DNA of 64,000 nt from Octopus sinensis. Its lineage: Eukaryota. Of the stretch, positions 12,714-25,219 are shown one piece after another. A program made the position numbers and the translations under genes. Position 1 is the first letter of the stretch; every line of letters begins with the position of its first letter. The stretch covers positions 119,908,001-119,972,000 of the forward strand of contig NC_043000.1 in the NCBI RefSeq assembly GCF_006345805.1, written 5' to 3'. The notes beneath the pieces are model-generated. The model did not search any database and was not told the DNA's origin. It worked only from the letters and a program-made list of their open reading frames with translations.

Positions 12714-13369
12714 ACCACACTCCATTCGCCCTTTGACAGCTGTTCCACCAATTCCTCCAACCCAGTATCCTGAGTGTAATTCTGAAGTAGAACTGCTGTG
12801 ACATAATGTGCTAAGACTGGACTTTTGAATGACATATAAAAGTCCATCTGATGTGTTTCTAAACAGTTTACATTTACCCAGGTTCATACACAAGGTTTGG
12901 GTTGACTTGCAGTTAGAGTAAGGCAAAAGCACTTGCCCAGAATACCATGCAGTAGAATTGAACCTGTGCTTTCGTGATTGCAAAACCAATGTCTTAACTA
13001 CATGATCATAGTTATACACGCTTAGCAGTTTGGTTAAGAAATTCACTTCTCAACCATGCAGTTTTGGGTTCAATCCTACAGTACCCCAGGTGAGTGTTTT
13101 CTGCCGTAGGTTGATAAAAGTTTTGTGAGTAAATTTGGTAGATAGAAACTGAAAGAACATTGATATTGAGTATGTGTGTGTGTTGGTCACCTTATCTTGG
13201 CATTGTCTTGTAATTGTAAGCGGGTGCCAACACCAAACAAGTGGTGTTATTCGTTTCTAATGTGGGCTGTGAAAACATGTCCGGCCATGGGAAACTGTTA
13301 CCTTGCTTAAGAAAAGGTGCCAGGAAGGGTATCAGACCATGAAAAATTGGCCTCGGTGAATTTCGTCTT

Positions 13370-13770
13370 ACTGGCACTTGAGCCCCGTGCTAGTAGGGTG
13401 CTAAGAGCACCATCCAAGCATGATTATTGCCAGAGCAGCTAACTGGCTTCCGTGCCGGTGGCATGTAAAAAGCACCATTCGAGCGTGGTTGTTACCAGCA
13501 TTGCCTTACTGGCACCTGTGCCGGGGGTATGTGTAAAAAGATTCAAGCGAGGTCATTGCCAGTACCACCTGACTGGCTCCCGTGCCAGTGGCACGTAAAA
13601 GCACCCACTACACTCTCGGAGTGGTTGGCATTAGGAAGGGCATCCAGCTGTAGAAACTCTGCCAGATCAGATTGGAGCCTGGTGCAGCTAACTGGTTCGC
13701 CAGTCCTCAGTCAAATCGTCCAACCCATGCTAGCATGGAAAGCAGACATTAACGATGATAATGATGATGA
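13370..13770 (+). mobile_element. Family C with about 3 internal 66-bp units
   Basis: gtgccggtggca.gtaaaaagcacc units followed by the family C tail. Confidence 0.8.
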
Positions 13771-13773
13771 ATT

Positions 13774-13974
13774 CATCACAGGAGAGTTCACTGCCATCAA
13801 TTCACTATGAAGAATGTTCACCACAAGGAAATATATCCGTATTTACCAAGAAAATATATCCGTTGTATCTCACCATTAATAGTTAAAAACGATTTTATTG
13901 AAAATAAATGAACATAATGGAGATCAAAACGAGCAATTAGTGAACATTCCTCACTGTGAATTTTCCCTGTGATG
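13774..13974. mobile_element. 201-bp MITE with AATT flanks (Sola-like)
   Basis: aatt|CATCACAGGAGAGTTCAC ... GTGAATTTTCCCTGTGATG|aatt, inserted in the (GAT)n tail of a SINE. Confidence 0.6.
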
Positions 13975-14079
13975 AATTGATGATGGTGAACTTACCAGAC
14001 ATGGACCTGTGCAAACATAGGAAAGTGGATGTTAAAAGAGTGATGTTGATGCTAATGGTATATTATATATATATATATA

Positions 14080-14919
14080 CTAGCAGAATTGCCCGGCGTT
14101 GCTCGGGGCTGAATTGCTTGAAAGTACTGTTAATGATTGCACTGAATTATGATGATTATTCAGGCAAATATTGATATAAGCTTACGGTGGGAGGTAAGGA
14201 CTTAACGATCAAACGTGTGCCATTGCATTGTTTTGGGGGAACCAAATTTCTGATGAGCATTATAGGGGCACCAACTTTAAGTTTGAGAAAGTGTGGTGGT
14301 AGTCCGGGGTGCTCAAAGGAATTGAGTACCTCTATTGGATAGTTGATGACGTCCTCTGGGTCAGGAGTTGTATCGATAGACTGATATACATAGACCTCCC
14401 CAGGAATGAGTTTTAGCATTTCATCATTAATATGGTGAACAGTTTTATTCCTCGGGGCCAGTATAGCCTTTTTTCCAATCCATATTCTGATAATTAGCTT
14501 GTAGATCTGGGAACACTGCATCTCTGAGATCAGAAGGCGTCTTAACAATGGTACAAATGGAATCGATGGCAATATAACCATTTTCATCCCCTGGTATTTT
14601 GCCTTCGTCAAGTGCAAGGAGGGTGTGAGGAAATGCTGCTGATGTGATATTACGTCGCATATGAGCACGCATATTGGTGTGAAGTTTGAGAGTTACTTCC
14701 GTTTATTTTTAAAAATATGCATTAAAATGGAAAAAAATGATGGTAAATTATTTGTAAAATCATAGACTCATTGTAGACGCGCGCTAATACCCAGAAGGGC
14801 TCGATATGAATCACGACTATAAGATACCCGGTTTTGGTTAAACTGCATCGCAAAATGTGGGAGTAGTTAGGAATCTAAATCGGAGTAGACAGACACACAA
14901 CCTTTCTTTTATATATAAA
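14080..14919 (-). mobile_element. Non-autonomous Helitron with a Pif1 helicase fragment
   Basis: Minus-strand frames give AILAPRNKTVHHINDEMLKLIPGE...YQSID...NYPIEVLNSFEHPGLPPHFLKLKVGAPIMLIRNL..PKQCNGTRLIVKSL and, with a frameshift, FPHTLLALDEGK. 3' CTAG at 14080-14083 followed by T; GC hairpin at 14092-14107; 5' end uncertain. Confidence 0.9.
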
Positions 14920-14920
14920 T

Positions 14921-15242
14921 ATTTTCGTCCTAAAAAACTTTGTATGGATTGAATGGTTACCTCTATGGAAATATATACACGCACATTATACATACATGTG
15001 TGTATAGATGAATATATAAATACATTTAAATATCTATATACACTTTTGGGCGATCTCTGTGCTACTTAGAGATAACTTTAGATCTTATTTTCGTCCTAAA
15101 AAACTTTGTGCGGAGTGAATGGTTACGTGTATGGAAATATATACACACACATTATACATACATCTGTGTATAGATGAATATATAAATACATTTAAATATC
15201 TATATACACTTTTGGGCGATCTTTCTGCTACTTGGATATAGG
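14921..15242. repeat. 166-bp tandem repeat, interrupted by the MITE at 15243
   Basis: attttcgtcctaaaaaactttgt at 14921 and 15087; a third unit start follows 15691. Confidence 0.85.
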
Positions 15243-15326
15243 GGCGATGTTTCGCTTGTCGTAGCACACGTTTCCGTCGATTTCCGTAAAAAATGTAAAC
15301 ACTGAATCGGCCATACATACATACAT

Positions 15327-15363
<37 letters not shown>

Positions 15364-15683
15364 TGCATACATACATATACACATAAACCGAGTAAAAAAT
15401 TTCAGTTATCTCTCTCTTTCACACATTACTCTCTCTGTCTCTTCACACACACTAACAGAAGCACTTCACTTACACAACATACTGTCTGTCTCCCACACTC
15501 CATCAAACACACACACACACACACATGTACATCAATGCGTCCCATGCACGGTAACTTCAAAAGAACTTCCCTCGTCATACAATCGCTTTCTCTTAGTCTC
15601 TTTCGCTCTCATTACTTATGTAAAAAAATAAGTTTTTTACGGAAATCGACGGAAACCTGTGCTACGACAAGCGAAACATCGCC
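15243..15683. mobile_element. MITE, 441 bp, 51-bp TIRs, 8-bp TSD (Merlin-like)
   Basis: TIRs 15243-15293 and 15633-15683 differ at 1 nt; direct repeat gatatagg on both flanks; terminus GGCGA. Confidence 0.88.
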
Positions 15684-16329
15684 GATATAGGTCTTATATT
15701 CGTCCTAAAATACTTTCCTGTCACACGCACACGCACGCACACACACACACACACACACGCACCCTCACACACACACACTCACACACACGCACGTTAGCTT
15801 ACAATTTTATTTATATATTTGCGTGTCTATGTGTGTAAAGAGGAAGTGGCAGACTGAAAGAGTCACTCACTACAAAAGGTGAATTACTTTCATTTTATTC
15901 CTTGCACACTGTGTGTGTGCGTGTGCGTGTGGTGTAAAACACATTAAGAAAAGCATTTGACATACACACCAGAATGTGAGTTTTCTGTAAATTTTGCTTA
16001 ATTGGAGTTTAAATTTTAAAAAGTGGACCTGGCAAAACCCGATGCATTCTACTCTTAAAAATGCTAAGTAAATTGTAATTGAAGAAATCCTATATTGTAG
16101 ATTTCTATAACTGACAAAGGGAGGCAGATAAAATCTGCCTTTTATAATAAGTGATATATATGTATATATATTTATATTATATTTCATCATGTTGAACCAT
16201 TAATCTCTACACTTTTTTTTTCTATCTCCATTCTTTTCTGTCTTTCTCCATTTTTTCTTTCATTCTCTTTCCATTTTTCTTTCATTCTCTTTCCATTTTT
16301 CTTTTTTCATTCTCTCTCCATTTGTTTTC

Positions 16330-16487
16330 ATTCTCTCTCCATTTTTTTTCCTCTTAATCCTTTGCAGTGAAGAGCATAGGCTCGAAATGTAAAATCCTTT
16401 TCCATTCTTCCTGAGCATTAAACTAATACAGTTGTTTGTTGTTCCTACACTTGTCTTCGTCTTTTGTTTTCTGTAAATTTGAACTAT
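16330..16487 (+). mobile_element. Repeat family D, 3' part
   Basis: gcagtgaagagcataggctcgaaatgtaaaa...ctgagcattaaactaatac. Confidence 0.65.
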
Positions 16488-16514
16488 ATATATATATACC
16501 TACGTAGTATATAT

Positions 16515-17135
16515 ATCCTGCTGTGCTTAAGGAGACCTATTGTGTCAAGTACATCAACATCAAATAAAAATCGAATGGATATTGTAGTTGTGATACCCGT
16601 GCCAGTGGCACGTTGGGCCTCACAGAGGAAATGACGAAGACCGAGACCTCTGGAGATATGCTGTGACTGTGAAGACCCGACAAATGAAGTGAGTTCATGG
16701 CTCGCAGGATGGCCTGCTGTGCTAACCTTGGATCGTAGAGTGATCCACTGTTCTTGAGGAGACCTATTGAGTCAAGTACGTCAACACCAGCATCAAAATA
16801 AAAATCAAATGGAAATTGTAGTTAAGATACCCATGCCGGTGGCATGTAAAAAGCACCATCTGAATGTGGCTGATGCCAGCGCTGCCTGACTGGCATCCAT
16901 GTCGGCGACACTTAAAAAGCACCAAATGATTGCGACCGTTTACCAGCCTCCTTTACCCCTGTGGTGGTGGCACGTAAAAAGCACCCACTACACTCACGGA
17001 GAGTGGTTGGCGTTAGGAAGGGCATCCAGCTGTAGAAACACTACCAGATCAGAGTGGAGTCTGGCGCAGACCCTGGTCAAACCATCCAACCCATGCTAGG
17101 CTGGAAAACGGACGTTAAACAATGATGATGATGAT
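16515..17135 (+). mobile_element. Family C, long copy with duplicated upstream block
   Basis: gaggagacctattg.gtcaagtac block at 16530 and 16757, then 66-bp units and tail. Confidence 0.75.
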
Positions 17136-17172
17136 ATATATATATATATATAGATATATATATATATAATAT

Positions 17173-17205
<33 letters not shown>

Positions 17206-17219
17206 GTACAGATACATAC

Positions 17220-17281
<62 letters not shown>

Positions 17282-18055
17282 TTAATTTTAAACTTCGTGT
17301 TTAATCCAGCTTATGCTTAGATTGAATGAATGTGGTTATTAAGCTCTCACTTTTATATTATACTATGGAAGACTGCAGGGAATATTGTTTGCATGACTTA
17401 AAGGTTTGGTTGCTGTTTAGTTGCATATGTAGGAATTGGTTATAGATTTACTTATTGAATGTATTTACTGATTTGGCTGTACGTAGTGTAAATGCTTTTG
17501 TAAGTTGGGGTTTGTTTGGTATGTTTGTTCCCAACCAACACTTATTTTAGTGCTGTTGACACTGCCGGATTGAATGGTACTGTCCAGGTGTCGAAACCAT
17601 AATGACATCTGTGGGGCAGCTGATGATGGGGGTATGTTGGTTTGTTGGTATGGCTGTTTTTTGTATATGTTGAATAGTATTATAACACATCATTTTCATA
17701 TATGTATAGATATATAGATTAATGAAATGACAACATAGAAGACAAGAGTAAAGGAATAAGGAGATGAAGAACTTTTATGCTTCTTTTTTCTTCCCTTTTC
17801 TCTCCTCTTGTTTCTTCTCTTTCTTCACCTCCTATTTCATTACTCCTGTCCTCTGTGTCATCATTTCATTAATCTATACCATTCTCACTTTCCCTATGTA
17901 TGCATGTATGTACGTATTCGTGTATATATATATGTATATATGTATGTATATATATATACGTATGTATATATATATATGTATGTATATATATCCACATCAT
18001 TTAACGTCCGCTTTCTATGCTAGCATATGCATGTGTGTATATATATATGTATGTG

Positions 18056-18089
<34 letters not shown>

Positions 18090-18093
18090 TGTG

Positions 18094-18125
<32 letters not shown>

Positions 18126-20375
18126 AAATTGATTTTTTTACAGTGGAACTGAGAGTAGATAAAGTTATAAATAATAATGTGTAAATAGTATGTTAAAACC
18201 AATTGGATGGAAAAAGTCATAAAGAATGTGTGATTGTATTTGTGTTTCTCTCCTTCTCACCACTTGACAACCAGTGTTTGTTTACATCCCTGTAACCTAG
18301 TAGTTCAGCAAAAGAGAACTGATGGAATAATTACCGAACTTAAAAGCTAAGTATTGGGTGTGGAGGTGTGTGGCTTAGTGGTTAGGGTGTTGGACTCACG
18401 ATTGTAAAATTGTGGTTTCCATCCCTGGACCAGCTGATCGGTTGTGTTCTTGAGCAAAACACTTCAATTCATGTTGCTCCAGTCCACTCAGCTGTAGAAA
18501 CGAGTTTAGCTTGGAGGGAGATGGGCTCCACCTTGCTTTCTCACCCTAGATATGCTGCAAGGCTGTAGCGTCCCAATGACATTCAAGGGTTTAAGGGACT
18601 TTTCAGTTGTCAACTGGGTGTTGATTTTGTTTTGGCTTCAACCCTTCAATGTGGGTGTCCCCAACATGGCTGGGTTGCAATCCAGTGATTGAGGCACGTA
18701 AAATATAAAAGATATATCAAATAACGTGGAGGCGGACTCGCAGTTGTAGAATCACGGTTTCGATTCCCAGACCGGGCGTTGTGAGTGTTTATTGAGCGAA
18801 AACACCTAAAGCTCCACGAGGCTCCAGCAGGGGTAGTGGCGATCCCTGCTGTACTCTTTCGCCACAACTTACTCTCACTCTTTTTTCTATCGGCCTGCTT
18901 GCTTAGCTAGTGGGGTGGCATCATTTGAAGGCTAAAACAATGCAAAGCGCATTGTGACCAGCGATGTGTTGCAACATCTGATAACCTGGTCGGTCATGGT
19001 GATCACAGTGATATCAGATAACAGAGTCCTACACACCCTACCCCAAATCACTGGATGGCCACAGATGGAATGTAAAGTCGTAAGTCTGCCGATTCACTCA
19101 ATCAGAACTAACTTGGAGCTAAACCACAACACTAACTGCATTTAACTGTCATATAAATAAATTGATCATATTTTATTGATTACTTTAAACTTTCAGGTTT
19201 CTTGAAATAAGTTGTGACTGTTTATGGAAGAAACCAGGCAGTTTTCTCTCCTTCTGTCTCTCGTTTTGTTTTCAAAAATTTTTTTTCTGAGTTATATAAT
19301 TGTCTCGTATTTTTAATTCCACACTGGCAGCTATGTCGCTGAAAAAACTTATGGCCTGAAGGTTATTTCTGCGAGTATTTCTAGGTCCCACCTTTTTTTG
19401 TTTGGTTTGCAACATAGAACAAGTCATTTAATTATCGCTGTAGAATTCTTACTGCTTTCATTATGTCGATCAATTTCTCATGCCAATAGAATCCCATCAT
19501 TATCTCCCTTTATCTCCTGAACTATCTCCATTGCCCTATTTCCACAACCCACCACCAGCACACTGCTTATTAGCCTTCCACTTGTTTCTCCCGCACTCTC
19601 TTTTGCTCTCTCTGTTTTTTTTTCTTTTTTAATTTTGTTTCCTGAGTCTTATCCCTCCCTGTTACTCTTGCCCCTCTGGTGAAGTGCTTCTAGTTTTTTT
19701 TTTTTTTTTAGCACCACCAGCAATACTGACAACAATAACTTGCAGCTATTGATACACAGTTAATACTTTTTTGGTACACATTCTTACAGTACTTTTTTGG
19801 CAGCCACTCTGTTGTGTGGCATGTATACACACATATACTTACAGATATGTACATATATATATATATATCAGATGTTGTTATATGTTACTATTTACAATGT
19901 TCATCCACACATTGTTACTTTCACTTGATGTATATATATAATACATATATGTGTGTGTTGTTATATGTATGTATGTATCTATTTATGTATGTGTGTGTGT
20001 AAGTATATGTGTGTGTATATATATGTATGTGTATCATGTGTATATATATATATGTATGTGTGTGTGTAAGTATATATGTGTTTATATATATATATGAACG
20101 TGTATTATGTGTATATATATGTATGTGTATATGTGTGTGTGTATGTACATATATATATATATATATATATGGATGTGTATGTATGTATATACATATGTGG
20201 GTGTGTGTGTGTGTGTGTATGTATATATAAAGCATCACATTTAATTTTTCCACAATTTAATTGTTTTTCATGCTCTACTATGAAAAAGTTTGAAAAAGTT
20301 GCAAAGGCTGAAACCGGTACTAAAATGTTCTTCATGATAAAATTATTTTAGCATTTTCTACTTTGTCTTATTTTG

Positions 20376-20413
<38 letters not shown>

Positions 20414-21004
20414 GTATGTATGTATATATGTATATACATACATACACATGCATACATATATATTCTCTCATTTGTTTATTCATTTAATTCCTGTTTCTCC
20501 ATGCCACCATGGACTTGGATTGAGAGCTATCTGAGGCAGTTATTGAGGAGAGTTATTTTGTGGCCAGGGCCTCTTCCCATGGCCAACCATTCTCTGTTAC
20601 TCGAGAAAGAGATATCTCTATCCGACAGGTCTTTGAAAAAATACAGAGAAACTGGTCATATCAACTTCTGCATCACTCTACCCAAGTCATAACAACATGG
20701 AATATAAATACAAACACACGCACACACATGCCAAGCTTCCTCTAGTTGCCATCTGTTAAGTACTTTTGCATGGCATTGGTTGGCCTGAGGTTATAGCAGA
20801 AAATACTCACCCAATGTGCTATGCAATGAAACTGAACTTAAAACTACCTCATTTACTATCCAGATTTTCTCATGCCATTCCAACCAAGCTTGTGTTTCTT
20901 TTAAGATATCTTTGTGGTCTATGTGGAATTTTTATAGAGATTATGAAAGAAGTCTGAGACTCAGTGTATTTGATGGCATATGTCTGGAAGAATCCATTTG
21001 GGTC

Positions 21005-21260
21005 TTATACAGAAAACAGATTCCATCACATGCCAGGGAAAAACTAGAAGTAGTTAAAAGCTTCTGCTATCTATGCGACCAAGTCTGTAGTGGGGGTGGC
21101 TGCTCTGAGAGTGTAGTGACTAGAGTAAGAATAGCCTGGGCAAAGTTCAGGGAAATCCTGCCTCTGCTGGCAACTAAGGGACTCTCGCTCAGAATGAAAG
21201 GTAGACTTTATGATGCATGCGTGCAAACAGCCATGCTACATGGCAGTGAAACATGGATCA
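21005..21260 (+). mobile_element. RTE-clade LINE RT fragment (second subfamily)
   Basis: EKLEVVKSFCYLCDQVCSGGGCSESVVTRVRIAWAKFREILPLLATKGLSLRMKGRLYDACVQTAMLHGSETW, typical RTE RT domain 7/thumb. Confidence 0.88.
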
Positions 21261-21289
21261 TGAAACATATCCAGTCATGTTAAAAATAA

Positions 21290-21760
21290 CCCTGATGCAT
21301 TGGGTGATATGATATGCTTGAGAAGACCTGTTGAATCAAGTAAAACCAATATTGTAGCTGTGGCCAGTGCCGCCTGACTGGCTCCCATGGCGGTGGCATA
21401 TAAAAAGCACCATCCGAATGTGGTCGATGCCAGGTCTGCCTAACTGGTTTCTGTGCTGGTGGCGCATAAAAAGCACCAACTGAATGTGACCGATGCTAGT
21501 ACCCCCTGACTGGCTCTTGTGCTGATGGCACATAAAAAGCACCATCTGAACATGGCCAATGTCAGTACCTACTGACTGGCCCCCATGCTGGTAGCACGTA
21601 AAAAGAACTATCCAAACGTGATTAATGTCAGTCCTGCCTGAATGGCTCCTGTGCCAGCAGCACATAAAAAGCACCCACCACACTCTCAGAGTAGTTGGCA
21701 TTAGTAAGGGCACCCAGTTGTAGAAACATTGCCAGATCACATTTGAGCCTGGTGCTACTG
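21290..21760 (+). mobile_element. Family C with about 5 tandem 66-bp units
   Basis: Unit gccagtgccgcctgactggctcccatggcggtggcatataaaaagcaccatccgaatgtggtcgat. Confidence 0.8.
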
Positions 21761-22579
21761 TTAAGTTAAGATCCAGTGTGTTAGAGTATAGTTTCAGAGA
21801 TATTTAGCTGTTGTTTCTAACAGGTCAAGTGCCTTTGTAAAGACTTTCTAGTTGTTAGGGTTTATTGTTCATTGTTAAGAAACAAGAACTTTGCAGGCAT
21901 CTGAGAAAGATGTAGAAGGAGAAGATGATGAGGAGGAGGATAACGATGATGATGATGATGATGATGATAACGATGGCAATGATGATGATGATGATGATGA
22001 TAATGACGGCAATGATGATGATGATGATGATGTCTTGAAACTTTGCACTTAAAAATGACAGTTAAAGCTTTATTTTTCTCTAGAAAAATTCATAAATACT
22101 CGAAAAACAAAACAAAAATGAACTAAATAAAAATAAATTTAAGAAATAATTTTTTTTTAAAGAAAATATAAAACAACAAAGCCGAAATGAAAGTGGGGTG
22201 GGGTGGTGGGGAGGAAGCAGAAGGGAAGCATTGTTATTTTATTACTGTCATTTCACTTGTTGCTGCTGTTGCTGTTGTTGCTTTTTGAATTTTACCTGCT
22301 TATCTCACAACAGATTATTGTGCATTCTGTTGCATCTTTAATGCAAATCAGTTGCTAATGGCAACAGCCTTTTGGAATTAGCGTCAACTACAGTGAATCT
22401 ATATGGAATTCTGTCTTATAGCGATATTGATGTGTTGCCCAGCTATATTTGCTAAATATACATTTACAGAGCTACTTTGAGAAGAAATTCTACGGCTTTT
22501 GGTGCTTCTCCTTCTCTTTTGTCTCGATCTGAAATTTTTACTGCCAGAGAGTTGACGATGGCGATGGTGAAGGTGGTGG

Positions 22580-22637
22580 TGCGCATATACATACATACAT
22601 ACATGCATACATGTATATGTGCATATGTATATATATG

Positions 22638-22670
<33 letters not shown>

Positions 22671-22961
22671 GTATACATGTATATATATGTATACCTGTGT
22701 ATATATGTATACCTGTATATATATATATGTATACCTGTATATATATGTATATGTATGTACATATATGTATATATATGTGTATGTATATATATATATATGT
22801 ATACATGTATATATATGTATACATGTATATATATGTATACCTGTATATATATGTATACCTGTATATATATATGTGTATATATATATGTATATGTATATAT
22901 GTATATATATATGTATATATATATATATATGTATGTATATATATGTGTACATATATATATA

Positions 22962-23007
<46 letters not shown>

Positions 23008-23075
23008 ACATGTATATATATGTATATATATATTTATATATATATATATTATATATATATATATATACATACATA
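22580..23075. repeat. (TA)n-based compound microsatellite
   Basis: Direct reading. Confidence 0.98.
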
Positions 23076-23499
23076 AACACATGCACAGGTCTGCGTATGC
23101 ATTTCTTTTGATGCTAACATTTGGCACGTGTTTACAACAGAACACTTCTTTTCTAAACTGGGTTTTGTGTACTTAATACCTCTTTTCATGTTTCCATCTT
23201 CATCGCATATGCACTTAACATAGATTCATATAAAACAAACACACACACACACTCAAGTGATGTGTTATGTATGTGTGATATGTTTGTGTTTGTGAGTATG
23301 TGTGAGTGTTTGTGTTAGTATAACTGTGTGATTAAGGAGTTTGCTTAAGATTTATATGGTTCAGGTTCGATCCTAGTGTGTAACAGGTATCTTTGGTTTT
23401 AACTTTAGTTTGACCAATGCCATGTGGGGGAAATTTTGTAGGTGGAAAGAAACTGTAACTTTACAGAAGACTCTTGTACACACACATGTCTCCTGTGCT

Positions 23500-24360
23500 G
23501 CTAGCATGTAAAAAGCACCATCCAAATTGGCCGATGTCAGCGCCCCTGACTGGCTCCCATGCCGATGGCATGTAAAATGCATTATCTGAACGTGATCAAT
23601 GCCAGACCCACCTGACTTGCTCCTGTGCCAGTGGCATGTAAAAAGCACCGTCCGATTGTGGCCAATGCCAGCGTCCTCTCACTGACTCCCAAACCAGTGG
23701 CACGTAAAAAGCACTATCCGAACATGATCGATGCCAGACCTGCCTGACTGGCTCCTATGCCAGTGGCACATAAAAAGCGCCATCCGAATGTGGCTGATGC
23801 AAGCGTCCCCAACTGGCTCCCATGCCAATGGCACGTAAAAAGCACTGATCCACCTGATTGGCTCCTGTGCCGGTAGCACTTAAAAAGCACCCACTACAGT
23901 CTCAGAGTGATTGGTGTTAGGAAGGACATCCAGGTATAGAAACCTTGCCAGCTCTCAGTCAAACCATCCAACTCATGCCAGCATGGAAAACGGATGTTAA
24001 ATGATGATGATCATGATGACATGTCGTCAGCACATAAAAAGCACCATTTGAGTATTTGGCTTCATGGAGGAAGTGACCAAGACCTTTGGCGATATTCTCT
24101 GCTTCTGTAGACCTGTCAAGCCAAGTGAGGTCATAATTGTGGACAATGCTGGCATCATGTCAATGGCACCCATGGTGGTGGCATGTAAAATCACCCACTA
24201 CACTCTTGGAGTGGTTGGCGTTAGGAAGGGCATCCAGCCATAGAAACCTTGCCAGATCAGATTGGAACCTGGTGCAGCTCCTTGATATACTAGTTCTCAA
24301 ACAAACTGTCTAACCCATGCCAGCATGGATAGTGGATGTTTGATGATGATGATGATGAAA
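23500..24360 (+). mobile_element. Two tandem family C copies, the first with about 6 internal 66-bp units
   Basis: Tails at about 24000 and 24340. Confidence 0.8.
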
Positions 24361-24743
24361 AGCAAACAAAAAGTAATATATATATATACATATATATATA
24401 TATCACGTGTTTGACCATACTATTGGATGTTGTTATACATCGCTGAGCAGAATGCACTTTGCATCATGTTAGCCTTCTAATGATGCCACCTCGCTGGCCA
24501 GGTGAGCAGGCCAACATCCCCCTTGATTGGAAGGCTAGTCTGTTGTAGGGTTATCCATTGACAGCTGAATGGACTGGAGCAACATAAAATGAAGTGTTTT
24601 GACCAAGAATACAATGTGGTACCCAGTCTGGGAATCTCGAAAGCACGATCTAGGGATCATGTGTGCAACTCCTTAAGCACTAGGTCATGCACCTTCACAT
24701 ACACACATAGCCTCTTAACCACACATCCACTCATATATATATA

Positions 24744-24995
24744 TATCTGTAAATGTAATATGTGACAATTATTCGGTAGCCATGATAAAACTCTGAGTTT
24801 CGGATGCCGAGGTGGAAATCCACGGCTGGATAACTGAAGAGATGGTGGCGTGGATTTCCACCTCGGCATTCAGAGTTTTATCATGGCTACCGAATAATTG
24901 TCACATATTACATTTACAGATAAATTCCTCTGTTTACATAACATCAAGGTCTCTTTCTTTCTTTTGTTGTCTTACTGTTTTTATCAATATATATA
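24744..24995 (+). mobile_element. Penelope-like pLTR-type fragment with inverted 5' duplication
   Basis: 24745-24824 is an inverted copy of 24849-24921 (52 + 21 bp perfect, 7-nt indel); contains hammerhead core remnants. Confidence 0.6.
24829..24882 (+). ncRNA. Type I hammerhead-like motif with the GAAAC strand deleted
   Basis: GATAA-CTGAAGA-GATG...CAT[CCGAAAC missing]TCAGA-GTT-TTATC; the missing 7 nt are present in the adjacent inverted copy. Confidence 0.55.
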
Positions 24996-25164
24996 AGTAG
25001 GTGAATGAATTATCCTATGTTTATCGTCAGCATGGAAAACTCGTTTAACCGAAACCTGGGTAGCAAATTCACGTCAGAAAACACGGTTGAAGTGACCTGT
25101 CAAGGGTAGAAATAAAGGAGAGTGAAGGAATTTTGTTAACATCTTCGTTCGACTCCATTCTTTC

Positions 25165-25219
<55 letters not shown>

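Noticed and set aside
17290-17690. Possible decayed GIY-YIG/Penelope coding fragments (here and at 8340-8640)
   Set aside because: Only vague motif echoes across many stops; needs a profile search.
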